This document shows positions 1-8,888 of a DNA stretch of 64,000 nt, piece by piece. The notes under the pieces are model-generated. The model ran no database searches and was not told where the DNA came from. It saw nothing but the letters and a program-made list of their open reading frames with translations. A program made the translations under genes and the position numbers. How positions within the stretch are numbered: the first letter of the stretch is position 1; every line of letters begins with the position of its first letter. Source of the stretch: a virus; the IMG/VR virus record IMGVR_UViG_3300014613_000001, positions 1-64,000 of that record. One strand, 5' to 3'.

Positions 1-302
1 AACTGGATTCTGGGGCTGTCTCTCTGGGCAAGCGGTGGCCTGTGGCAGTCCGTATGGTTCCTGACGTCCGGTTTGCGCTACGGATGGACGCTCGAGGGTG
101 TCTACCGTCAGAGTGAGCACGAGATTAGAATGGATGCGAATATGTGGGCACTTGTAGCGGAGCTCGAAGCGCTGAAAGCTCGTGTGGCCGGAATGACGGC
201 CTATAACGAAGCTCATCCGTCAGGCGCGAAATGGACTGATAAGTCCTTCGAGCAGGTTATGCAAGCGATGCGAGATATTGCACAGAAATTGAGATCGGTG
301 AA

Positions 303-533
303 ATGAGTCACAACTCTGAATACTGCCAGAAGCAGATGGAAAAACTGATAGACGGCACGATCACATGTGTGATCAAGGACCCGTATGGGTACTTCGGGCT
401 CCGAGTAGAGAAGGGCGGAGTACGATACAATCTGTGGATACAAAGCGATTCCGAGGGTAACGATGTTGGGTGGGTCAGCGTAGACAAGGTACACGAGCCG
501 GAAGAAGAGGAAGAAGAGGGTCCAAGTGATTGA
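303..533 (+). CDS. hypothetical phage protein
   Basis: 76-aa ORF, ATGA-coupled to neighbours, acidic tail. Confidence 0.5.
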   Translation: MSHNSEYCQKQMEKLIDGTITCVIKDPYGYFGLRVEKGGVRYNLWIQSDSEGNDVGWVSVDKVHEPEEEEEEGPSD

Positions 534-825
534 AGAGATCGAAGAGATCGAGCTACGCCCAAAGGTGCGTAGGTTTGCAGAAGAGATGGAGCGCGCTCTG
601 CGAAAGCATGAAGACAAACCGGGCTGGGCGTATAACACCCCCTCCGAGCTACTGGAGCGTCTTTTGGAGGAGGTTGACGAGCTCGAGGATGCGATAGACG
701 TTCAGCAGATGCACCTGCACGCTGAATCACGTGGCGTACTGATCAGAGAGGTAGCGGACGCATGTGCTGACGTAGCGAATTTCTGCCTCTTTATCGCTGA
801 CGTCGTGGGAGGACTCGATGATTGA
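526..825 (+). CDS. MazG-like (all-alpha) nucleotide pyrophosphohydrolase-family protein
   Basis: FAEEM..ALRKH..K.GW, LLEEVDELEDAI and ACADVANF match the EExxE...ADVAN pattern of phage MazG-like proteins. Confidence 0.55.
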   Translation: MIEEIEEIELRPKVRRFAEEMERALRKHEDKPGWAYNTPSELLERLLEEVDELEDAIDVQQMHLHAESRGVLIREVADACADVANFCLFIADVVGGLDD

Positions 826-1573
826 GTTCAAGGAGCCCGGAGAACACCTGGCCGCGCTGTACGCATTGCGACTGACGGATCCGTTCGTAGCAGCCATATT
901 CGATATGTTTGATCGAGGTAGCTACGCCTCGTTCGAGGAGGCGCTTACTCAGTGCATCATTGCGCTCTCTACTGCACGGATCAAGACCGAAAAAGCGTGG
1001 GACGAAGAGATCCAGAACCGTCGCTACGTCTTCCTCAAGACAGGCTCAGTCGAGGGGCAAGAAGAGGCTGAAAAAGAGGGCCTTGGCGCTCCGAAGGAAC
1101 CTAAGAAAGCGTCGGATATCTCGTGTCACTCACACGTCTGGCCTGGTCCAGTTGAATGCCCATGGTGCAGGATTGATCGTCTCAAGGCAGAGTGTGACAG
1201 CATGCGGAAGGAGATCGAAGCTGTCGTGGATGCTGCGGCTGTCTGCATGCGTGACCGAGACGCTAAAATCACTCTTCTCAAGATAGAGCTCAAGAAGGCA
1301 ACTTCCAAGTTGGCGGCGGGTCCTACCCTTCATCCAAAGGAAGCTAGGAGGTTCAAGGACAGCAGGACGCTACTCGAGTGGAACGGGCGCAGCAAGGTTT
1401 TGGACTTCAACGGGATCATTCGTTTCAACGCTGATTGGATCCCTGAAGAGCAAATTGACTGGCTCGTTGGGGTACTGGACCGTGAGATTGAGGACTTTCG
1501 GCGGGCTACCATCAATGCTACGAAGAGCATGATCAGAGATCACTGGAAGACCTTCGTGAAGGTGATTGAGTAA
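818..1573 (+). CDS. hypothetical protein with coiled coil
   Basis: 251-aa ORF, GGAG RBS, overlaps upstream stop. Confidence 0.55.
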   Translation: MIEFKEPGEHLAALYALRLTDPFVAAIFDMFDRGSYASFEEALTQCIIALSTARIKTEKAWDEEIQNRRYVFLKTGSVEGQEEAEKEGLGAPKEPKKASDISCHSHVWPGPVECPWCRIDRLKAECDSMRKEIEAVVDAAAVCMRDRDAKITLLKIELKKATSKLAAGPTLHPKEARRFKDSRTLLEWNGRSKVLDFNGIIRFNADWIPEEQIDWLVGVLDREIEDFRRATINATKSMIRDHWKTFVKVIE

Positions 1574-1582
1574 GGAGCGATC

Positions 1583-1843
1583 ATGGAGAAGTGGTGTAAC
1601 GCGAGCCAGAGCGTCCAGCCTAACGGTGAGCTCACGCCGTTAGCTCTAGCTCTCCGGGATATCTCTTGGAACGGCTGTGAGTGTGATGAGGATCTCGATG
1701 AGGATGGTGTCTGCCTGCCGTGTCGTTGCGAGGCCGCTCTGCATGATCAATTCGACATGATCGTCCGTCGTGATGAGCGCATTGCAGAGTTGGAATCTGA
1801 GGTAGCAAAATTGCAAGACTTGGTGGATCAACATGAGGTCTGA
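1583..1843 (+). CDS. hypothetical protein (RIAELE coiled-coil type)
   Basis: AAGGAG RBS; CxC..CxxC; RIAELE motif. Confidence 0.5.
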   Translation: MEKWCNASQSVQPNGELTPLALALRDISWNGCECDEDLDEDGVCLPCRCEAALHDQFDMIVRRDERIAELESEVAKLQDLVDQHEV

Positions 1844-1868
1844 GATCGATAAGCCCCTCAGATGGCAT
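1838..1868 (-). CRISPR. solitary CRISPR-type repeat, antisense to flanking genes
   Basis: Minus strand reads ATGCCATCTGAGGGGCTTATCGATCTCAGAC, a variant of the consensus ATACCAGCTGGGAGGTTTAGTGATCCCAGAC with the stem retained. Confidence 0.75.
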
Positions 1869-1885
1869 TAGCAAATCCTGATCAG

Positions 1886-1913
1886 AGCTTACACGCGTCA
1901 GGTGCGTTGTCAA
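1886..1913 (-). promoter_or_regulatory. sigma70-type promoter pointing into the solitary repeat
   Basis: TTGACA (1913-1908), 16 nt, TAAGCT (1891-1886); same boxes and spacing at 16830-16857. Confidence 0.65.
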
Positions 1914-1932
1914 TAAAAAAGGAGGAGCAAAC

Positions 1933-2361
1933 ATGGCAAGTACCTTGAATCTGAAGACATTCGCGGCTGAGATGATGGGCCGGCAGGTCTACTACTCTCG
2001 GGTGGCCGAGCGAGTATGGAATCTGGAAAAGCGGCTAGAGGAGCACGTGTTCGTCGATCGACATCGGTACAGGACCGGCTACGGTTGGATCACTGGTGTT
2101 CGATGGTTGCGCAGCGGGTACACGGAACGAGATTCAGAGTACGGAAATACGTTCCACCCAGTCGGCTCTCCAATGATGGTCTTCCTCGTCGTCGAGCACC
2201 CAAACGGAAAACCGGTGCGGGTCGACCCAACATCGGTAGAGCTGTGCGAGTTCGATTATCGAGATCACACGATGTCAGAGAGATCTCGAAAGTGGCTGTC
2301 GGAGGACTCGAAGAACTGGCCACGCGATGAGCGTGGCCGATTCCTCAAGGAGAGCTGCTGA
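1933..2361 (+). CDS. hypothetical protein
   Basis: 142-aa ORF with strong GGAGGAG RBS. Confidence 0.6.
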   Translation: MASTLNLKTFAAEMMGRQVYYSRVAERVWNLEKRLEEHVFVDRHRYRTGYGWITGVRWLRSGYTERDSEYGNTFHPVGSPMMVFLVVEHPNGKPVRVDPTSVELCEFDYRDHTMSERSRKWLSEDSKNWPRDERGRFLKESC

Positions 2362-2368
2362 CGGTCAA

Positions 2369-2399
2369 ATACCTGCTGGGGGGTTTAGTGATCCCAGAC
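2369..2399 (+). CRISPR. solitary CRISPR-type repeat
   Basis: ATACCTGCTGGGGGGTTTAGTGATCCCAGAC, 7 nt after a stop codon and 43 nt before the next ATG. Confidence 0.85.
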
Positions 2400-2442
2400 T
2401 ACTCCTGGCTGAGCATCGTCGAGGCACTGTGAGGAGCAAAGC

Positions 2443-3153
2443 ATGAAACGCAACGAAGCGAGAACGCAGCTCTGTAAGATGGCATTCGTCGTCGGAGAGC
2501 GTATCGGTGTCGATAGTACCTGCACGTGTGAAGAAGGAGATGAAGGACTAGAGGAAGATTTCCCGGACAGGATCATCGAGGAGATGTGGAAGCACATATC
2601 ACACGATGATCGCCTGTTGGCCATCGAGGAGGCGTGGGAGCGCGAGAGCGCGTCTGCTACTGCTGTCGAGCAGCTCACAGTTCAGCTGGCTGGGTGCTCA
2701 GTTGCCGCTCTCGGTGGGACGTCTGACCCGCAGGTGGCCCGACCTGGAGATTATGGATGGAGCCCGGCCTATCAAGATGTGCTCGATCTACACCGACGCC
2801 ACTCGGATCTACGGACACACCTACTCCAGCTCATGGGTACTATCATCCACTGGATGGACGTCGGTCTCATCGACCCGGGAGCGGAACTAGGAGAATGGAC
2901 GAAAACGTCCTCACAGAAGGGAGCAGACATGGCAAGTGAATGGGACGCACCTCATTCGATGGGCGACGCGACGTGCATCAAGCTCTCGGACGGAGGCGCG
3001 GTGCTCTTTGACGTGGGGGGCGAGGAGATCTGGATACCTGGTAAGTGCATCCATCCAGATTCTGAAGTGGTCACCTCACACGATCCCGACAAGAACGTAG
3101 AGGGCGAGCTCATCGTCCGTGTCTGGTGGGCAGTCCGACACGGCTACGATTGA
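2443..3153 (+). CDS. hypothetical protein (possible internal start near 2929)
   Basis: 236-aa ORF with GAGGAG RBS; in-frame AAGGGAG-N-ATG before MASEWD suggests a separable C-terminal domain. Confidence 0.55.
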   Translation: MKRNEARTQLCKMAFVVGERIGVDSTCTCEEGDEGLEEDFPDRIIEEMWKHISHDDRLLAIEEAWERESASATAVEQLTVQLAGCSVAALGGTSDPQVARPGDYGWSPAYQDVLDLHRRHSDLRTHLLQLMGTIIHWMDVGLIDPGAELGEWTKTSSQKGADMASEWDAPHSMGDATCIKLSDGGAVLFDVGGEEIWIPGKCIHPDSEVVTSHDPDKNVEGELIVRVWWAVRHGYD

Positions 3154-3163
3154 TCCAAGCTAC

Positions 3164-3433
3164 ATACCAGCTGGGAGGTTTAGTGATCCCAGACTCCATG
3201 AGAGCTGTGAGAGCGAGGCGCACTCAGATCCCAGACGAGAGTATCCGCATGCTCACACCTGCTGGGAGGTTTAGTGATCCCAGACGAGACGACCACGTCA
3301 CCATCACGCATACCTGCTGGGAGGTCTAGTGATCCCAGACGAAACGACCACGTCACTGTTCGCCGGGAAACTTAGTGATCCCGGACGAAACAGTCATCGT
3401 CACTGTTCGCCGGGAAACTTAGTGATCCCGGAC
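3164..3433 (+). CRISPR. degenerate mini-array upstream of cas12m-like gene (5 repeats plus 1 partial)
   Basis: Repeats at 3164-3194, 3255-3285, 3310-3340, 3356-3386, 3403-3433; partial GATCCCAGAC at 3227-3236; spacers 15-24 nt between the last four copies. Confidence 0.85.
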
Positions 3434-3457
3434 GGCAAGCGCAAAGGAGAAAAGAGA

Positions 3458-5305
3458 ATGATACTCATATATGAGTACGGAATCCCGTTTGACCCGATGG
3501 AGGGACATGACTTCGTCGAGGATCAGATCCTCATGGCCCATCGGTACTATAACAAACTGATCGAGATCGAGAGAGCGAAACGAGCTCGTATCCGGGCCAT
3601 TCAACAGGCTCATCCAATTCTCGGCCCATTGGTCACAGAATCTGACGAGACTCATGAGCTCTTCAACGACATCATCGACCGGCAGAAGAAAGCGAAGTCA
3701 AAAGACAATCGGTACCCCGAGGTCGACCCGGAAGAGTGGGAGGCCGCCAAAGAGATTTCCGCTGAGGTGCGGCTCAGACTCACGGCGGCGAAGGCGGCCG
3801 TGAAAGCGGAGCTTACGCCAGCCTATGAAGCCGCATCCCAAGAGGCGAAAGATCGGAAAAGACTGGCCCGAGCAAACTCGAAAGTGTACTGGGGCACATA
3901 CCTGATCACGGAAGCTGCAGCCGAGGCCGCGGTCAACGCCAAGCCCAAATCGAGACCGGGTAAGGTCCCGCCACCCTGGCACATGTGCCCGGCATTTCGT
4001 CGGTGGAACGGCGAGGGATCACTCGCCGTCCAGATCCAGAAGCCGAAAGCGCTGACGGAGGTGACTGTTTTCGGGCACGACAATCAGTTCAGAATCACGC
4101 CCGTTGACCCCTATGCGTGGGACAAGAGCACGCCTCGTGGCCTACGATGTCGCCTCGGCCGAACCACCTTTACGATGAGGGTAGGGATGAAGCGCGGAGA
4201 GACAGCCAGCTTCCGTATGGTCATGCACCGCCCACTTCCCCCAGGATCCAGGATCACGTGGGCAAAGATCATCCGTCGTCGAGTTGACGATCGTCTGTAC
4301 AGGTTCCGGTACTTCCTTCAGCTCACCGTTGAGACCACACTGTGCGTGCGGCACCCGGGCCTCGATAACGCAGATCCGGTCAGCATCCCGGTCGTGGCCA
4401 TCAACTGCGGTTGGAGGGCACTCGCAGATGGATCTCTTCGAGTGGCGACGTGGCTCGGCTCGGACAACCGAACGGGCACCCTCGAGCTCGGACGAGAGGA
4501 GTTTCGTGATCGGATAGAGAGAGCTGAGTCGATCAGATCACGCAGGGATATAGACCTCGACGAGCTCAAGAAGGCCATCGAGGGTTTCGGAGAGATCTTC
4601 AAGTCGATGGAGGTGGAGTGTGTCGAGAAGTGGAAGTCGTTCAGTCGGTTCCACGGGCTGTACTGCGATGTGCTGACGGAGTACGCGGAAAATCCAACAG
4701 AAGAGAAGAAGGAACTGCTCGAGCTGCTGACCTCCTGGCATCACAGGGATCGGTACCTCATGCAGTATGAGAACGGGTGCCGAGGAGGCGCACTGCGGTT
4801 CCGGCGTGAGAAGTACCGTCTGTTCGCCCTGGAGCTGGCGAAGGCCTATCCCGTGGTATGTATCGAGTCGTGGGATCTTCGACGCATTGTCGAGGATGAA
4901 CACCGACTGAAGGAGCCGTCGGCCGCTCGTGTAGAGGGAGCATCCTCTATCGCCCGGCAGATCACGCGTAACACATCGCTCAGAGAGGGCTGTGTCGTAC
5001 TGAAGCAGGGAGACAAAGAGGTCGAGCTCGCGACGCAGAGGTGCCATCTCTGTGGGTACGGTGCGAAAAAGCGTGAGCGCTGGGATGCGGCCAAGGAGCT
5101 CGTCCATGTCTGCGGCGGATGCGGCGCCGAGTGGAACCAGGACGTCAATTTCTGCGAAAACATCCTGACTACAAGCCGAGGCGACCTCGTCGGCGCACCA
5201 CAGCTGCTCGAGCCTAAGATCGTGATCCAACTCGGTCGGTTTCAGAAACGAGCTGCTGCGAAGCGCGAGCGTGAAGCAGCGCAAGCGGATGAACAAGAGG
5301 AGTAG
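3458..5305 (+). CDS. cas12m: Cas12m-like type V-M (formerly V-U1) CRISPR effector, 615 aa, non-canonical RuvC
   Basis: Start reassigned to ATG 3458 (AAGGAG RBS; the longer ORF runs through repeats). Motifs YNKLIEIER, VYWGTY, RRWNGEGSLAVQIQ, MHRPLPPGSRITWAKI, VVAINCGWR (RuvC-I), VVCIESWDL (RuvC-II), CxxC...CxxC Zn finger and NQDVNF (RuvC-III) parallel characterised Cas12m; flanked by repeats on both sides. Confidence 0.85.
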   Translation: MILIYEYGIPFDPMEGHDFVEDQILMAHRYYNKLIEIERAKRARIRAIQQAHPILGPLVTESDETHELFNDIIDRQKKAKSKDNRYPEVDPEEWEAAKEISAEVRLRLTAAKAAVKAELTPAYEAASQEAKDRKRLARANSKVYWGTYLITEAAAEAAVNAKPKSRPGKVPPPWHMCPAFRRWNGEGSLAVQIQKPKALTEVTVFGHDNQFRITPVDPYAWDKSTPRGLRCRLGRTTFTMRVGMKRGETASFRMVMHRPLPPGSRITWAKIIRRRVDDRLYRFRYFLQLTVETTLCVRHPGLDNADPVSIPVVAINCGWRALADGSLRVATWLGSDNRTGTLELGREEFRDRIERAESIRSRRDIDLDELKKAIEGFGEIFKSMEVECVEKWKSFSRFHGLYCDVLTEYAENPTEEKKELLELLTSWHHRDRYLMQYENGCRGGALRFRREKYRLFALELAKAYPVVCIESWDLRRIVEDEHRLKEPSAARVEGASSIARQITRNTSLREGCVVLKQGDKEVELATQRCHLCGYGAKKRERWDAAKELVHVCGGCGAEWNQDVNFCENILTTSRGDLVGAPQLLEPKIVIQLGRFQKRAAAKREREAAQADEQEE

Positions 5306-5313
5306 CCGTGAAA

Positions 5314-5542
5314 TAGCCAGCTGAGAGGTTTAGTGATCTCAGACGACGCGAGCATCTACCATCCGAACGCCAGCTGGGAGGCTTAGTGATCCTGGAGTGC
5401 GATCACATATAACCCGCACACCCGCTGGGAGGTTTAGTGATCCCAGACCACAGGGATACAAAATCATGTAGGATACCCGCTGGGAGGTTTAATGATCCCA
5501 GACGGACTAGAATGCCAGCTGAGAGGTTTAGTGCTCTCAGAC
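5314..5542 (+). CRISPR. mini-array downstream of cas12m-like gene (5 repeats)
   Basis: Repeats at 5314-5344, 5367-5397, 5418-5448, 5473-5503, 5512-5542; spacers 22, 20, 24 and 8 nt. Confidence 0.88.
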
Positions 5543-5571
5543 AGCAAAGAGAGGAGGGCGAGGGTACAGCG

Positions 5572-5859
5572 ATGGAAGACTACAAGGGTCCAGAGCGCAC
5601 AGTGCGCATCCCAACAACGTCGGATGATTGGCAGCTATATGATCTGCGCGGGAGCAACTTGGCTGCTGCTCGGCTGACGCGGGCGCTGAAAAAGGCCTTT
5701 ATGGCGTCGACGAGTAAGGAGTCGATCGCGATCATGTCAAAGGCACTCCGTGCAGATGTGAAGTACGGAGCGATGGATACGGAACCGCGCGCCGCGGCAG
5801 AGCGATGCCTAAACGAGGTGCTGGCGCGTGAGTTCAATTACGAAGGTACACTGGGGTGA
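5572..5859 (+). CDS. hypothetical protein lying between two repeats
   Basis: 95-aa ORF from ATG 5572 (GAGGAGG upstream); the longer ORF call runs through repeats. Confidence 0.55.
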   Translation: MEDYKGPERTVRIPTTSDDWQLYDLRGSNLAAARLTRALKKAFMASTSKESIAIMSKALRADVKYGAMDTEPRAAAERCLNEVLAREFNYEGTLG

Positions 5860-5869
5860 GTGACCCCGA

Positions 5870-5958
5870 ATGCCTGCTGGGAGTCTTAGTGATCCCAGAC
5901 AACTACGAGGGAACGCTATCATGTAGGATACCCGCTGGGAGGTTTAATGATCCCAGAC
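5870..5958 (+). CRISPR. repeat-spacer-repeat unit
   Basis: Repeats at 5870-5900 and 5928-5958, 27-nt spacer. Confidence 0.85.
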
Positions 5959-6109
5959 GCCTCGCTGCAAGAGATGTATGGAGAGTGGTGTCAAGAGAGC
6001 GAGCTCTCGAGCCGCAGGATGCCCGATTTCGAGGAGGCGATGCGGAGGGCCATGGCGCAGGGCGTAGCTCCGCTCAAGCCAGAGATCGAAATAACGGAGG
6101 AGTGATCAG

Positions 6110-6730
6110 GTGAGCTCCGAGAATATGATCATCGGGATAGATGGCTGCGGCAACGGAGCATGGTGTGGACCTCTCGTCGTTGCCGCGGTCGCTCTACCCG
6201 AAGACGCAGTGATAAAGGGGGTGCGCGACTCGAAGAAGGTGAGCGCCTACCGACGTGCCGACCTCGACCCCATCATCCGAGAGCGCGCCCTCCATTGGGT
6301 CATCGTGCAGTCCAGCGCGTCTCAGATCGACCAGTACGGCCTAGCAGCCTGTGAGAACGCTGCCATGCTGGTCTGTGCCCAGAGATGTCTCGAGCGCGCA
6401 CCGGGTGCTCAGGTCATCGTAGACGGCACCAGGCACATACGTGGACTGAAGGCAAACCAGAAGGCCATAGCCAAAGCTGATGACCTGTTCATGGCTGTCT
6501 CCGCAGCCAGTATCATCGCCAAGCTGCATCGTGATCGTTGGATGATGACGCTGGCTGCGGAGTACCCACTCTATGATCTACACTCGTGCAAGGGTTATGG
6601 CACGAAGGTGCATGGGATCTGTCTGCGCAAGCACGGGCCCTGCCCCGAGCATCGGATGTCATATGCACCGGTGGCAACGGCCGCGAAGGAGATGCACCGC
6701 CCACTCGTGGCGATCAAAGCTGGGGAGTAG
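6110..6730 (+). CDS. rnhB: ribonuclease HII (first acidic motif altered)
   Basis: GIDGCGNG..GPLVVAAV, DSKK, VIVDG, KADD...AASIIAK..RD, KGYGT..H and GPCPEHRMSY follow the RNase HII pattern. Confidence 0.85.
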   Translation: MSSENMIIGIDGCGNGAWCGPLVVAAVALPEDAVIKGVRDSKKVSAYRRADLDPIIRERALHWVIVQSSASQIDQYGLAACENAAMLVCAQRCLERAPGAQVIVDGTRHIRGLKANQKAIAKADDLFMAVSAASIIAKLHRDRWMMTLAAEYPLYDLHSCKGYGTKVHGICLRKHGPCPEHRMSYAPVATAAKEMHRPLVAIKAGE

Positions 6731-6738
6731 CGAGTAGG

Positions 6739-6769
6739 ACATCAGCTGGGAGGTTTAGTGATCCCAGAC
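6739..6769 (+). CRISPR. solitary CRISPR-type repeat
   Basis: ACATCAGCTGGGAGGTTTAGTGATCCCAGAC preceded by GTAGG; 13 nt before ATG 6783. Confidence 0.85.
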
Positions 6770-6782
6770 AGAGGGGTTTGGC

Positions 6783-7007
6783 ATGGAAGAGATCATCAGA
6801 GAGTATCAGGAGTCCGAAGGTTGGAACGATCGTGTGATCATTATGATTCTGTCCGACTTCGTGGAGATGAAAGTCTGGGAGCATGAGTTCGAAGAGTACA
6901 TCGAGCGTCGTGCAGAGGCTGATCGCCATGAGGAGACGCTGATCGCTGCGTTCGCCGAGGAAGAGGATAGCCCAGACTGTGATGGCTGGGACTGGGAGAC
7001 CGACTGA
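6783..7007 (+). CDS. small acidic hypothetical protein
   Basis: 74-aa ORF, GAGGGG RBS. Confidence 0.5.
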   Translation: MEEIIREYQESEGWNDRVIIMILSDFVEMKVWEHEFEEYIERRAEADRHEETLIAAFAEEEDSPDCDGWDWETD

Positions 7008-7679
7008 GTGGCGATCATAACCACACGAGGGCGGATCTTCAATGGGAGGCGCTTTGCACTGAAGGTCCGAGTAAACAGAGATGGTTTGTTTCGTATAGCG
7101 TGGCCCCACGAAATCGTTGACCTTTTCGGGCCTCCTGTCGAGGCGATTGCAACAACACAGGATGAAGCACTTGTGCTGTGGGAGAATCGAGTACGTGAAT
7201 TCACCGAAGCGCGTACTACAAAACGAAAAGTGATCCGATACAGGGTGAAGATTCAAGGTAAGTTTTGGGTCGAAGAAGGCGGCCACTGGTTTGTGCGGAG
7301 TGATGTTCCTTTTGGTTGTGGACTAGGGCTTCTCATCTGGGCTGGTGTATATGAAGAAACTTGTGTTACTCGGGATAACGCCGAAGACGTGTACAGCTAT
7401 GACGCAATCCCTAATGATCTTCCGCTAAGCATTCGTAATCCCGGGAATTTTGGAATTGATAGACACGGGCAAAGGCGTGATACTCACTCCATTCCATGGT
7501 CCGAAAAGGGTGAAGCGTTTTTCAGTCGGGCAGCGTCTTTGCTGGAAAAGCTGTCGGTTTCATTGGCGGATATGACCTCGAATTCAAAAGAATTTGCGGA
7601 GCTGGTAGAGACAGCCGGCCCAATGTTGCTTTCACCAGCGAGCGGAGATGCTCGAGCAGATGATGAGCCTATCAAATGA
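7008..7679 (+). CDS. hypothetical protein
   Basis: 223-aa ORF abutting the upstream stop. Confidence 0.55.
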   Translation: MAIITTRGRIFNGRRFALKVRVNRDGLFRIAWPHEIVDLFGPPVEAIATTQDEALVLWENRVREFTEARTTKRKVIRYRVKIQGKFWVEEGGHWFVRSDVPFGCGLGLLIWAGVYEETCVTRDNAEDVYSYDAIPNDLPLSIRNPGNFGIDRHGQRRDTHSIPWSEKGEAFFSRAASLLEKLSVSLADMTSNSKEFAELVETAGPMLLSPASGDARADDEPIK

Positions 7680-7949
7680 AACGTACTTGGCTGCACAAAA
7701 GTGATTTAGTAAAGGGGGGATTTGAGCTCTGGGATGTCCCCCAGCGCGCATACGTGTAAGGATGAGAGGTAGATATGCTTAAATTTCACCGTAAGGAACA
7801 ATGGGACCTCGAATGCTGGCCGTGGCTCGTCATCGCGTGGACGACGCCCGACAGGTACCGGCGCATCGCCTGCCTCTGGAGAGGGGGTGTGGAGCTCGGC
7901 AGCCTGCTCGTGACCTGGGAGCGACGGAAGCTGACGGCGGTGTGGTGAG

Positions 7950-8342
7950 ATGCTGAAACAACACCAACAACGAAACGACGACTGTGTCCGGGCGTGTGTT
8001 GCGACCATCCTTGAGCTGCCGATCGAATCCGTTCCGAATTTCGTAGCCGAACGGGGATGTGTATGGCTCGACAGGCTCAGGGAGTGGCTCCTGCCTCGTG
8101 GTTTAACGGCCATCAATGTCTCCTTCTCTGACAGTGACGAACCTGGGCTCGGAATCCTCTGCGGCGCGGGCGGAGCTGGTCCGAGGGGATGTGACCACGA
8201 GGTGGTGTGGCGCGATGGAGAGGTGGTGTGGGACCCGTATCCTGGCGGAGGCGGACTCGTCGGGAAGCCAAAAGATTTTCTGATCTTTATCCCACTCGAC
8301 CCGGCCCATGTCCAGCTCGGTTTTCTGGGATGCGATGAATAA
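7950..8342 (+). CDS. papain/C39-like fold hypothetical protein
   Basis: Q..DDCVRACVATIL N-terminus and H-x-V-V...WDP C-terminal motif. Confidence 0.45.
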   Translation: MLKQHQQRNDDCVRACVATILELPIESVPNFVAERGCVWLDRLREWLLPRGLTAINVSFSDSDEPGLGILCGAGGAGPRGCDHEVVWRDGEVVWDPYPGGGGLVGKPKDFLIFIPLDPAHVQLGFLGCDE

Positions 8343-8351
8343 GGAGTCCAA

Positions 8352-8576
8352 ATGGCAAAATTGTTTTACAAGATATATTGGGATATGGCGCTTGGAGTAG
8401 GACGAAACAAGTTTCGCCATGGATTCACAGTTGTAGACATAAACGGGGAAAAGGTGTCACACTGTTTGAACTACCTATGTCTGCAACCTACTCCTTTTAG
8501 GAAAGCCAACAACCTACAGAATAAGCATATTAGGATGGCTAAGAAAGCAGGAATAGAAAGATTTGAATGGGTTTAG
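8352..8576 (+). CDS. hypothetical protein
   Basis: AAGGAG RBS, AT-rich 74-aa ORF. Confidence 0.45.
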   Translation: MAKLFYKIYWDMALGVGRNKFRHGFTVVDINGEKVSHCLNYLCLQPTPFRKANNLQNKHIRMAKKAGIERFEWV

Positions 8577-8681
8577 ACTATGAAGATAAATGTAGACATT
8601 GACATCGCCAGGAACCCTGACCCCATCCGACGTCGAGGGCTCGGCAGCCCCGGTGCAGTTCGGTCTGCTGGGAGATGAGGG

Positions 8682-8888
8682 ATGACCCCGACGCACCGAT
8701 GGATCCTCGGCGCCCTGATCATCCTGGTCGCCGCCGAGGTGGGCTGGTGGGCGCTCGGAGGCGAACTCCTCGAGTCGCTCCGCGGGATGGCGGCGATCAC
8801 CTGCGTCGTCGGACTGGCGCTGGACGACCTCGGCTGGTGGCAGGACACCGTCGCCGTCGGGATCAGGGAGTGGTGGAGACCGTGGTGA
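8682..8888 (+). CDS. small membrane protein
   Basis: Two hydrophobic segments; GAGG RBS. Confidence 0.45.
   Translation: MTPTHRWILGALIILVAAEVGWWALGGELLESLRGMAAITCVVGLALDDLGWWQDTVAVGIREWWRPW

Noticed and set aside
3329-3457. 43-aa N-terminal extension of the Cas12m-like ORF
   Set aside because: It is read through repeat DNA; a good AAGGAG RBS precedes ATG 3458. The same artefact affects ORF calls at 3126, 5437, 5856, 6586 and 10274
3458-5305. IS605/IS607 TnpB transposon interpretation
   Set aside because: No tnpA or transposon ends seen; size, motifs and flanking repeats fit Cas12m better. Confirmation needs an HMM search
7727-7751. Repeat-like hairpin (minus strand GCTGGGGGACATCCCAGAG)
   Set aside because: Loop about 6 nt too short and flanks diverged; not counted as a repeat
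8662-8690. CTGCTGGGAG half-repeat before ATG 8682 (similar fragment at 14003-14018)
   Set aside because: The 3' stem arm and AGAC end are missing; could be chance or a relic
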